Shown one piece after another: positions 1 through 6,693 of a stretch of 10,810 nt of DNA. The notes under the pieces were generated by a model. That model saw only the letters and a program-made list of their open reading frames with translations, ran no database searches and was not told the origin of the DNA. Position numbers and translations under genes: made by a program. Positions within the stretch are counted from its first letter, which is position 1, and each line of letters begins with the position of its first letter. Source of the DNA: Candidatus Krumholzibacteriia bacterium (lineage in GTDB: Bacteria > Krumholzibacteriota > Krumholzibacteriia > LZORAL124-64-63); contig JAZBOO010000030.1 in the NCBI GenBank assembly GCA_036351155.1, forward strand, positions 1 through 10,810, read 5' to 3'.

Positions 1-23
1 ACCAGCAATTTGCAAGCGTTCAT
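1..23 (-). CDS. 5' end of an unknown gene (MNACKLL...), truncated by the window edge
   Basis: Minus strand reads GGAGG-ATAGAC-ATG AAC GCT TGC AAA TTG CTG: a strong Shine-Dalgarno 6 nt before the ATG at 23, downstream of a good promoter. Too short to assign a product. Confidence 0.65.
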
Positions 24-69
24 GTCTATCCTCCATCGATCCTTGGCGTTGGGCGTCTGAGTCAATTCT

Positions 70-85
70 TGATCAAATTTGATCA
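70..85. promoter_or_regulatory. Perfect 16-bp palindrome TGATCAAATTTGATCA, putative operator
   Basis: Exact self-complementary sequence starting 2 nt downstream of the minus-strand TATAAT, so it covers the expected transcription start. Confidence 0.6.
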
Positions 86-87
86 CT

Positions 88-96
88 ATTATAACA
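88..96 (-). promoter_or_regulatory. Extended -10 sigma70-type promoter (TG-T-TATAAT)
   Basis: Minus strand TGTTATAAT is a perfect TGn-TATAAT, within the most AT-rich stretch of the window (about 61-134) and upstream of the RBS/ATG at 23. No good -35 is visible, which extended -10 promoters do not need. Confidence 0.7.
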
Positions 97-134
97 AAAA
101 ATCCCGTGAAAATGTGTTTTTTATCGAAAAATAA

Positions 135-2900
135 TCAATCCACCATCACGGTCACCAGAGGCAAGGTTTTCAGGTAACGGGACCAGGCCTGCTGCAAGTC
201 CACCAGGGTCAGATTGTCGTAAACCGACAGGGCCTCCAGATAGCTGCCCAGGTCATGATCCAGCTCGGCCATGGCCAGATAGTAGGCCTGCCCCATGCTG
301 GACAGGCGGCGCATCATCAACCGGCCTTTGCGGGCGCTGCGGATGGTGTCCAGCTCCTCCTGGGTGATCGAGGCCGGATCGAACCCGGCGATGAAACCCG
401 TCAGAGCCGCGCGGCCCTCCTCCTGCCTTTCGGTGGGAGGGTTCAGCCAGGCGGTGAATTCACCCGTGCCCGCCACCATGGAGACCGAGGCCCCCACACT
501 GTAGCTCAGACCCTGGGTCTCCCGCAAATCCATGGCCATGCGGTCGCTCAAAATAGCCGTGACCAGCTTCACAGCCGGGACATCGTTCTTGTCCACGGCG
601 AACAGGGAACCCAGGCGGATGGCCGTCAATTCGCCGCCCACGGTGGCGCGAAGATCGGCCGCGGCCGTGGTCAGCGGCAGGGCGGGCATTCCGTTGGCCG
701 GCTTGCCATGCCCCGGCAGCAGGCGTTCGATGCTGATCTTCAGCTCATCATGGCTGTACGGCCCGACAATGGAAAAAACCAGATTCTCCGGCGAGAAAGC
801 CCGACGGTACACGATGCGGGCCTGGTTGAAATCGATGGCCTGCAGTGATTCCACATCCCCCTCGGGGGGCAGAACCAGCGGATGATCCCGGTACAGGGCC
901 TCGTTCAGCATGGCGTTGGCCGTTTGACGCGCACTGCTCTCCTGCCGTTCCAGATCCCGCACACGCTCGTCCCTGATGCGGGAAAAGGCCGCGTCGTCAA
1001 AGGAAGCGTGCTGGATTTCCTCGGTCAGCAGCTCCAGCACCGCCGGTCCGTTCTCGGCGGCGGTTTCGATCCTGATGAAGCTGAACCGCCCGTTGGTGTA
1101 ATAGTTGTCCATGGGGATGCGGCCGTCGTCCACCGTCTTGACCACCGCGCCCAGGCGACGCAGCTGGCGGGCCAGACAGGCACGGTCACAACCGGCGTAG
1201 CCTTCATCGAGCATCCGGTGCACCAGATCCAGTGCCCCTGCATGGGCGTGATCCCGGTCCAGGATGGCCCGTCCGCGCACCGCCAGATGGATGGCCATCA
1301 GAGGGCTGTCCGGGTTGGTCTGGCTCACCAGGATGGCCCCGTTGGCCAGCTCGCTGCGGTCGACCTTCAAAGCCGGCGCGGCCACCTGCTCCTCGGGGGG
1401 TGCCGGTCGCTTGCCGCCATCTGCGGTTCCATCTCCGCCAGGCATATTCTTCATGGCCTGGGCCATATTCGGCGGCATCTTCATGCCGGGAGGCATCTGC
1501 ATGCCGGCGGGCATGCCGCCTCCGGACGGTTGCCCGGTTTCGGCGGGTTCCAGCAAAACCGCCAGGCACGGCGCCTCGATGAGCCAGTTGTTCAGGGTAC
1601 GCGTCACATTTTCGGCGGTCACTTCACGCAGGCGGTCCAGGTAGCCCAGGAAGAAATCGATCCCCCCGAGGGCCACCGGCTCGGCAATGTAAATGCCGGT
1701 CATGCGCAGCTGCTCGCGCTCGAGCAAGGTGGACGTCTCGCTCATGCGCACGATGCCCAGGATATCCTCGCCGGTGATTCCCTGTTCCACCGCCGCGGTC
1801 AGGGCATCCTGCACCAGACGATAGATGCTCGAAGGATCGGTGCCCTCCTGCAGGGTGAATTCCAGGGTGAGGCGACCGAAGCCCTCGGCGCGATCCCAGC
1901 CGGTCGACAGCTGGGGCCGGATATCCGGATCCATATCGTCGAGCACCACGGTCAGAATGCCGCTGCCCTCGAGTCCCAGCAGCTGCACCAGCACCTCGAA
2001 GGCGAAGTAATCGTTCATCCCGTAGGTGGGTGCTTCGAAGCTGAGGGCCAGCACCCGTTCGTCACCCACGCGGCGGGTCAGTGTGCGGGTCTGCTGGATC
2101 AGCGCCGCCGGCCTGAGACCCTGGTGATCCACCGTGCCCGGCGCCACGCTGCCATAGTACTTTTCCAGCCACTCCAGGGCCTGGTCCCGCTTGAAGTTGC
2201 CCGCCATGGTCAGCACCATGTTGTTGGGCACGTACCAGTGCTTGTAGAAGGCGTAGACATCGTCGCGCTGCATGTGCTCGATGGTCGAGCGCGTGCCCAG
2301 AGTGGGCAGTTCCAGACTGGACCCACCGTACAGGGCCTGACGCATGACGATGCCGGCCTCGTGCCCCGGCCAGTCGCGCGCCTGGACCAGCTCGCCCAGC
2401 ACGATACCTTGCTCCTTGGTGAACTTGTCCTCGGGCAGGATGGAGTGGAACAGCATTTCCGCCTGCAGCTCCAGGCCCGTTTCCAGCTCACCGGCCGGCA
2501 CCACCATCATGAAGTTGGTGAAAAAATCGGTGGTGTTGGCATTGTTGTAGGCACCGGCCCGATCGGCCATGGCATACTGCTCTTCCTGGGTATACCTGGT
2601 GCTCCCGTTGAACAGCAGGTGTTCCAGCATGTGGCTCATGCCGCTGGTCCGGTAGTCCTCACGCGCCGACCCCACCAGCACCTGGGTATAGACGCCCACC
2701 ATGGGCTGGGCCTGGTTCTGCAGCAGCAAAACCTTCAGGCCGTTTTCCAGCGTCACCACCTCGGCGTTGTCGGCGAGGGGGTAGAAAACCGGATCCAGGT
2801 TGAGATCGAGGATCTGGGCCCCGGCCCGCGGGGTTCCGGCCATCTGGACCAGTCCACAAGCGAGCGCCACAAGCAACAGGAGTCGCATCTTCTTCAACAC
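135..2900 (-). CDS. Secreted M16 (insulinase/pitrilysin-family) zinc peptidase, two-half fusion, 921 aa
   Basis: Inverted zinc motif HMLEH (SGMSHMLEHLLFNGS), NANT strand, downstream Glu (KEQGIVLGE), YxPNNM motif. The second half lacks HxxEH but has the R/Y pair (LRETQGLSYSV). N-terminal signal peptide ending about AGA-Q. GTG start preceded by GGAGAGG. Confidence 0.93.
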   Translation of the reverse strand: MLKKMRLLLLVALACGLVQMAGTPRAGAQILDLNLDPVFYPLADNAEVVTLENGLKVLLLQNQAQPMVGVYTQVLVGSAREDYRTSGMSHMLEHLLFNGSTRYTQEEQYAMADRAGAYNNANTTDFFTNFMMVVPAGELETGLELQAEMLFHSILPEDKFTKEQGIVLGELVQARDWPGHEAGIVMRQALYGGSSLELPTLGTRSTIEHMQRDDVYAFYKHWYVPNNMVLTMAGNFKRDQALEWLEKYYGSVAPGTVDHQGLRPAALIQQTRTLTRRVGDERVLALSFEAPTYGMNDYFAFEVLVQLLGLEGSGILTVVLDDMDPDIRPQLSTGWDRAEGFGRLTLEFTLQEGTDPSSIYRLVQDALTAAVEQGITGEDILGIVRMSETSTLLEREQLRMTGIYIAEPVALGGIDFFLGYLDRLREVTAENVTRTLNNWLIEAPCLAVLLEPAETGQPSGGGMPAGMQMPPGMKMPPNMAQAMKNMPGGDGTADGGKRPAPPEEQVAAPALKVDRSELANGAILVSQTNPDSPLMAIHLAVRGRAILDRDHAHAGALDLVHRMLDEGYAGCDRACLARQLRRLGAVVKTVDDGRIPMDNYYTNGRFSFIRIETAAENGPAVLELLTEEIQHASFDDAAFSRIRDERVRDLERQESSARQTANAMLNEALYRDHPLVLPPEGDVESLQAIDFNQARIVYRRAFSPENLVFSIVGPYSHDELKISIERLLPGHGKPANGMPALPLTTAAADLRATVGGELTAIRLGSLFAVDKNDVPAVKLVTAILSDRMAMDLRETQGLSYSVGASVSMVAGTGEFTAWLNPPTERQEEGRAALTGFIAGFDPASITQEELDTIRSARKGRLMMRRLSSMGQAYYLAMAELDHDLGSYLEALSVYDNLTLVDLQQAWSRYLKTLPLVTVMVD
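1443..1514 (-). repeat. Degenerate 18-bp-period repeat encoding a Met-rich linker (MPAGMQ-MPPGMK-MPPNMA-QAMKNM)
   Basis: Minus strand ATGCCCGCCGGCATGCAG / ATGCCTCCCGGCATGAAG / ATGCCGCCGAATATG. Eight Met in 24 residues, between the two M16 halves. Confidence 0.75.
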
Positions 2901-2929
2901 TTCTTTTTCCTCTCCGCGTCAGGTCCGGG

Positions 2930-3700
2930 CTAGGCCAGGGAGGCCTCGGCCCCGTCAATGATCCCCACGAAATCTTCGGGCTTCAAAGCGGCGCCGCCGA
3001 TCAGGCCGCCGTCAACATCGGGCAGTCCGATCAGTTCCTTCGCATTGCTCGGCTTGCAGCTGCCGCCGTACAGAATGCGCATATAATTCGCCACCTCGGC
3101 GCCCAGCAGATCAGCGACCACTCCGCGGCTGTAGGCGTGGATTTCCTGCGCCTGGTCGGGGGTGGCGGTTTCCCCGGTGCCGATGGCCCACACCGGTTCG
3201 TAGGCCAGCACCGTGTTGTAGGCACTCACATGTTCCAGTCGCGTCAGGACGCCCTCCAGCTGGGCCTTGACCACGGCCTTTTCCTGGCCGGCCTTGCGCT
3301 GATCCAGCAATTCGCCGTAGCAGAAAATGGCCTTCAGACCTGCCTCGTGAATCAAGTTGATCTTGCGCACGAACAGGTCGTCGCCTTCGGCCTGGTACTG
3401 GCGCCGCTCGCTGTGGGCGATGATCACGTACTGCACTCCAGCCTCTTTCAGCATGGCGGCCGAAACTTCTCCGGTGAAAGCGCCGCCAGCCTGATCGCCG
3501 CAATTCTGGGCCCCCAGCAACACCGGCTGTCCATTGGCCACCTCGGCCACCGCCGGAATGGTCACCAGGGGCGGGCACACCAGGACGTCACCGCCCAGAT
3601 CTCGTCCTTTCAGGCGATCGCTGATCCCGGCGGCCAGCTCTCGGCCGGCAGCAGGCCCCATGTTCATTTTCCAGTTTCCGGCCACGAGATATCGGCGCAT
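2930..3700 (-). CDS. tpiA: Triosephosphate isomerase
   Basis: AGNWKMN, GAFTGEVS, HSERR, AYEPVWAIGTG, YGGS and LIGGA motifs. ATG at 3700 (MRRYLVAGNWK) preferred over the TTG at 3706 because of the GGGG-N6-ATG spacing. Confidence 0.98.
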   Translation of the reverse strand: MRRYLVAGNWKMNMGPAAGRELAAGISDRLKGRDLGGDVLVCPPLVTIPAVAEVANGQPVLLGAQNCGDQAGGAFTGEVSAAMLKEAGVQYVIIAHSERRQYQAEGDDLFVRKINLIHEAGLKAIFCYGELLDQRKAGQEKAVVKAQLEGVLTRLEHVSAYNTVLAYEPVWAIGTGETATPDQAQEIHAYSRGVVADLLGAEVANYMRILYGGSCKPSNAKELIGLPDVDGGLIGGAALKPEDFVGIIDGAEASLA

Positions 3701-3760
3701 TTTCAACCCCCATCAAGAAAGGTCCAGCCCATCCGGTATATCCGGATAAATACCGCCCGG

Positions 3761-3789
3761 AATATGGCATTAACACGACAAAATGTCCA
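3761..3789 (-). promoter_or_regulatory. Putative sigma70 promoter for tpiA and the M16 peptidase
   Basis: Minus strand TGGACA-N17-CATATT with TG two bases before the -10 (TGC-CATATT), just downstream of the terminator and about 60 nt upstream of tpiA. Confidence 0.55.
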
Positions 3790-3822
3790 CCCGGCCAAAA
3801 GCGCTCCTTCGAGGTCATGCGG

Positions 3823-3851
3823 AAAAAGGGCCTCTCCCGGCGGAGAAACCC
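3823..3851 (-). terminator. Intrinsic (Rho-independent) terminator after the PNP gene
   Basis: Minus strand GGGTTTCTCC-GCCG-GGAGAGGCCC-TTTTT: 10-bp stem (two G:U pairs), 4-nt loop and U-tract, about 60 nt after the PNP stop. Confidence 0.8.
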
Positions 3852-3909
3852 AATCTCGTCATCGTGGAATGCGTTAAGCGGGGCCAGCTGGTCGATCCGT
3901 CTGTCAGGA

Positions 3910-4806
3910 CTACAGTCTCGGCAGAAAATCCAGCAGGAGCTGGGCCATGCGGTCCCGGACCATCTCGCCCACCTCCACCACGTCGTGGTGGCTGAGCTCC
4001 GGCTGGCCAGTTTCGCGGGCGGGGTTGGTGATGCAGGAAAGGCCCACTGGTTCCACCCCAAGATGTTTCAGCAAAACCGTTTCCGGGGCCGTGGACATGC
4101 CCACGGCGTCACAGCCAATGCGGCGCAACATGCCGATCTCGGCCTTTGCCTCGTAGGCTGGACCATACATGCTGGCGTAGGTGCCACTGTGCATGGGAAT
4201 GCCGCAGGCCGCGGCGCTCAAGACCAGCAGGCGGGCCAAACGGGGGTCGTACAGATGAGGCAGCCCGGGCGTCCGCCCGATGGCAGCCAGCTGGGCCACG
4301 AGTTCAGGGGAAACCTCGGACGCACCCGCCGGACGGTAGGGCTCGGCCAGGAGGCCGCGCAAGGGGTCATGGAAATGCAGGTCCACCTGGTCGCGGATGG
4401 CCATCAGGTCTCCGGGCACATAGTGCCGGTTCAGTCCCCCCGCCGCGTTGGTCACCACGGCGATATCGATGCCCAGACAGGCCAGCACCGCCGTGGGCAA
4501 CAACAGCTCGGCAAAGGGCAATCCTTCGTAAGGATGCAAACGCCCCTGCATGACGATCACCGGCACACCGGCGGCCTGGCCGCACACCAGCCTCCCTGAG
4601 TGCATGGCCACCGTGGGTGTGTGGAAGCCGGGAATCTGGCCATAATCGAGGGCCTGGGCGTTGTCCACCGCATCGACAAAGTTCCCCAGCCCGCTGCCCA
4701 GAACCAGGCCCACCTTGCCGGTGAAACCCTGCTCGACCAGGAAGGTGACCGCCTCGGCCACCCGGTGGCGCCAGCTCTCGCCCAGGAGTTGCAGACGGTC
4801 GCTCAT
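3910..4806 (-). CDS. punA: Purine-nucleoside phosphorylase, trimeric PNP/PunA type, probably 6-oxopurine specific
   Basis: LGSGLG, MQGRLHPYEG, TNAAGGLN, GPAYE, DAVGMST, SCITN and LSH motifs. The Glu and Asn equivalent to human E201/N243 are present. ATGA overlap with the deaminase stop. Confidence 0.93.
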   Translation of the reverse strand: MSDRLQLLGESWRHRVAEAVTFLVEQGFTGKVGLVLGSGLGNFVDAVDNAQALDYGQIPGFHTPTVAMHSGRLVCGQAAGVPVIVMQGRLHPYEGLPFAELLLPTAVLACLGIDIAVVTNAAGGLNRHYVPGDLMAIRDQVDLHFHDPLRGLLAEPYRPAGASEVSPELVAQLAAIGRTPGLPHLYDPRLARLLVLSAAACGIPMHSGTYASMYGPAYEAKAEIGMLRRIGCDAVGMSTAPETVLLKHLGVEPVGLSCITNPARETGQPELSHHDVVEVGEMVRDRMAQLLLDFLPRL

Positions 4807-5912
4807 GACGACGCTCCCTTCAGATCGTCCAGCGCGAACTTGTCGCGCAAGCTGGTCATGGTCGCCAGGACCTCCTTGATCATGGACTTCTTCTGCGCCT
4901 CGGGCATGAAGGCACTCTTGAAACCGTTGATCAGCAGGTTTTCCGTCTCCAGCAGGGTCAGGTCAAAGGTCTCCACCGCCAGCTTGAGCTCCCGCAGGGG
5001 AGAGGTGTCGGCGAACAGGGTGTTGTCCGTGTTCAGGGTCACCCGCAAGCCCTTCTGGAGATACGACCGGAAGGGGTGCCGGGCCAGGTCTTCCACCACA
5101 CAGCTTTGCCGGTTGCTGCTCAGGCACACTTCCAGGGGAATGCGATGATCGGCCACGTAGGTCAACAGATCGTGGTCCTCTTCCAGCCGAGTGCCGTGCC
5201 CGATGCGGTTGGCTCCGCAGCGGTGCAGAGCATCGTGAATGGATTCGGGACCGAACCCCTCACCCGCATGGATGGTCACGTTCTGGTTGTTGTTCATGGT
5301 GTTGTAGAAGGCCTCGAGGTGGTCGCGGGCCGGGAAGTTTTCCTCCACGCCGGCCAGGTCGAAGGCCACCACACCGCGGCCCTTCCAGCTGACCGCCAGC
5401 TGGGAAAGCAGGTAAGAAGATTCGGGGGCCGTGGTTCGGATACCGGTCAGGATGATCCCCGACTTGATGCCGCACTCCTTCTCCGCGCGCGCCAGCCCGG
5501 CATGGACGGCGGCCACGGCCTGGTCGGCGGTGAGCCCTTTTTCCAGGTGGAACAGGGGACAGAACCGGACCTCCAGGTACCACACGCCTTCGGCGAAAAA
5601 ATCGGTGGCCAGCTCGTGAGCCACCCGCTCCAGGTTCTCCGGGGTTTGAAGCAGCACCAGGGTGTGCTCGAAATAGCGCAGGAATTCATCCATGACGCAT
5701 TCGCGTTCCCGGGGAAAAAAACGATCCCGGACCGCGGCATCGTCCTCGGGAACATCCATGCCGGCCGCACGGCCCAGTTCCTTGAAGGTGGACATGCGCA
5801 GGGAGCCGTCGAGGTGGCAGTGCAGGTCGGTCTTGGGCAAGGCTTTCAGCAGGGCCTCGGGTATGGCCGGGCCGCGCAGAAGGTCGCTGGGTCGATAGTC
5901 GCCGCTCTTCAA
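4803..5912 (-). CDS. add: Adenosine deaminase-family amidohydrolase, 369 aa
   Basis: LPKTDLHCHLDGS, YLEVRF, FDLAG, TIHAGE, RIGHG, LNTDN. Start reassigned from 6044 to TTG at 5912: GGAG lies 7 nt upstream, the TTG forms a TTGA overlap with the kinase stop, and the extra N-terminal 44 aa lie inside the kinase gene. Confidence 0.9.
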   Translation of the reverse strand: MKSGDYRPSDLLRGPAIPEALLKALPKTDLHCHLDGSLRMSTFKELGRAAGMDVPEDDAAVRDRFFPRERECVMDEFLRYFEHTLVLLQTPENLERVAHELATDFFAEGVWYLEVRFCPLFHLEKGLTADQAVAAVHAGLARAEKECGIKSGIILTGIRTTAPESSYLLSQLAVSWKGRGVVAFDLAGVEENFPARDHLEAFYNTMNNNQNVTIHAGEGFGPESIHDALHRCGANRIGHGTRLEEDHDLLTYVADHRIPLEVCLSSNRQSCVVEDLARHPFRSYLQKGLRVTLNTDNTLFADTSPLRELKLAVETFDLTLLETENLLINGFKSAFMPEAQKKSMIKEVLATMTSLRDKFALDDLKGASS

Positions 5913-6610
5913 GATTTTGCTCCCCTGGTCACGCGGAGATGTTTTTCTTCGTGGAACTCGTGAATCATGTTCAGCAGGTCCACCTTGGCCTGCTCGTCGT
6001 CGCGCAGGTTCACCTGCTCGGTGTCGATGGTGCGCACGGGACACAGGGCCGGTGCCCGCTCGATCCAGTCGACGTAAGCCGCGTGCAATCTTTCCAGGAA
6101 ATCGAGGGGGATTTCGCTCTCGACGCTCCGGCCCCGCTCACCGATCCGGGACAGCGCCGTGGCCGGCCGACATTTCAGATAGATGATCAGGTCCGGGGGA
6201 CTCAGGAAGGACGCCATGTTCCGGAAGATTTCGCGGTAGTTCTCGTAATCGCGATCATCCATGCACCCCATGCTGTGCAGGGTGGGCGCAAAGATTTCCA
6301 CATCCTCGTAGATGGTGCGGTCCTGGATGGCGGACCCGGGCTTGTCCAGGATCTTCTTCTGCACCTCGAACCGCTTGCTCAGGAAATAAACCTGGAGATG
6401 AAAACTCCAGCGCTTCATGTCCTTGTAGTAATCGGCCAGGTAGGGGTTCGTGATCACCGGCTCGAAATACATGGGCCAGCCGAAGACCTCACCCACCAGG
6501 CTGGTGACCATGCTCTTGCCCACACCGATGTTGCCGGCAATGGACACATAAAAGGGCGTGGGGGGCTCCACCCGGGAGGCGAACTGTTTTTTCAGGGAAG
6601 TGATGCTCAA
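5909..6610 (-). CDS. Deoxynucleoside kinase (dAK/dCK/dGK family)
   Basis: P-loop GNIGVGKS, EPV..NPYL..YY.D..RWSF.LQ.YFL, DRTIYED, PDLIIYL and lid RGR..E. TTG start with AGGAG 5 nt upstream. Confidence 0.93.
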   Translation of the reverse strand: MSITSLKKQFASRVEPPTPFYVSIAGNIGVGKSMVTSLVGEVFGWPMYFEPVITNPYLADYYKDMKRWSFHLQVYFLSKRFEVQKKILDKPGSAIQDRTIYEDVEIFAPTLHSMGCMDDRDYENYREIFRNMASFLSPPDLIIYLKCRPATALSRIGERGRSVESEIPLDFLERLHAAYVDWIERAPALCPVRTIDTEQVNLRDDEQAKVDLLNMIHEFHEEKHLRVTRGAKS

Positions 6611-6654
6611 TGCCGCTCCTTGCTGACCTGGTGCTCGGTTGAGGGTATCCGCTG

Positions 6655-6683
6655 AAATTAACGGCTGGACGGAGCCGTGGCCA
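6655..6683 (-). promoter_or_regulatory. Possible promoter (TGGCCA-N17-TAATTT) or weak terminator hairpin upstream of the kinase
   Basis: 17-nt spacing between degenerate boxes. The spacer is mostly an inverted repeat ACGGCT-N6-AGCCGT (6661-6678) followed by TAATTT. Function is ambiguous. Confidence 0.3.
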
Positions 6684-6693
6684 GCAATTCCCC

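Noticed and set aside
2856..2900. Lipobox in the M16 peptidase signal (ALAC)
   Set aside because: The -3 residue is Ala rather than Leu/Val/Ile, the Cys is early, and the signal continues to an AGA-Q type signal peptidase I site.
882..2933. 683-aa plus-strand ORF, and the similar ORFs at 255-848, 3137-3877, 3817-4599, 5076-5963, 5939-6655 and 9675-10463
   Set aside because: Antisense shadows of well-supported minus-strand genes, with no family motifs.
3707..3909. Riboswitch, sRNA or tRNA in the largest intergenic gap
   Set aside because: The gap is explained by terminator, promoter and leader. No cloverleaf or purine-riboswitch consensus is visible. A covariance-model search would be needed to exclude this formally.
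3588..4061. 157-aa minus-strand ORF crossing the PNP-tpiA gap
   Set aside because: It overlaps both flanking genes out of frame and runs through a clear terminator and promoter, with no motifs.
5913..6044. Arg-rich N-terminal extension of the adenosine deaminase in the ORF track
   Set aside because: It lies wholly inside the kinase gene in another frame. A TTG start with RBS and TTGA coupling at 5912 is more parsimonious.
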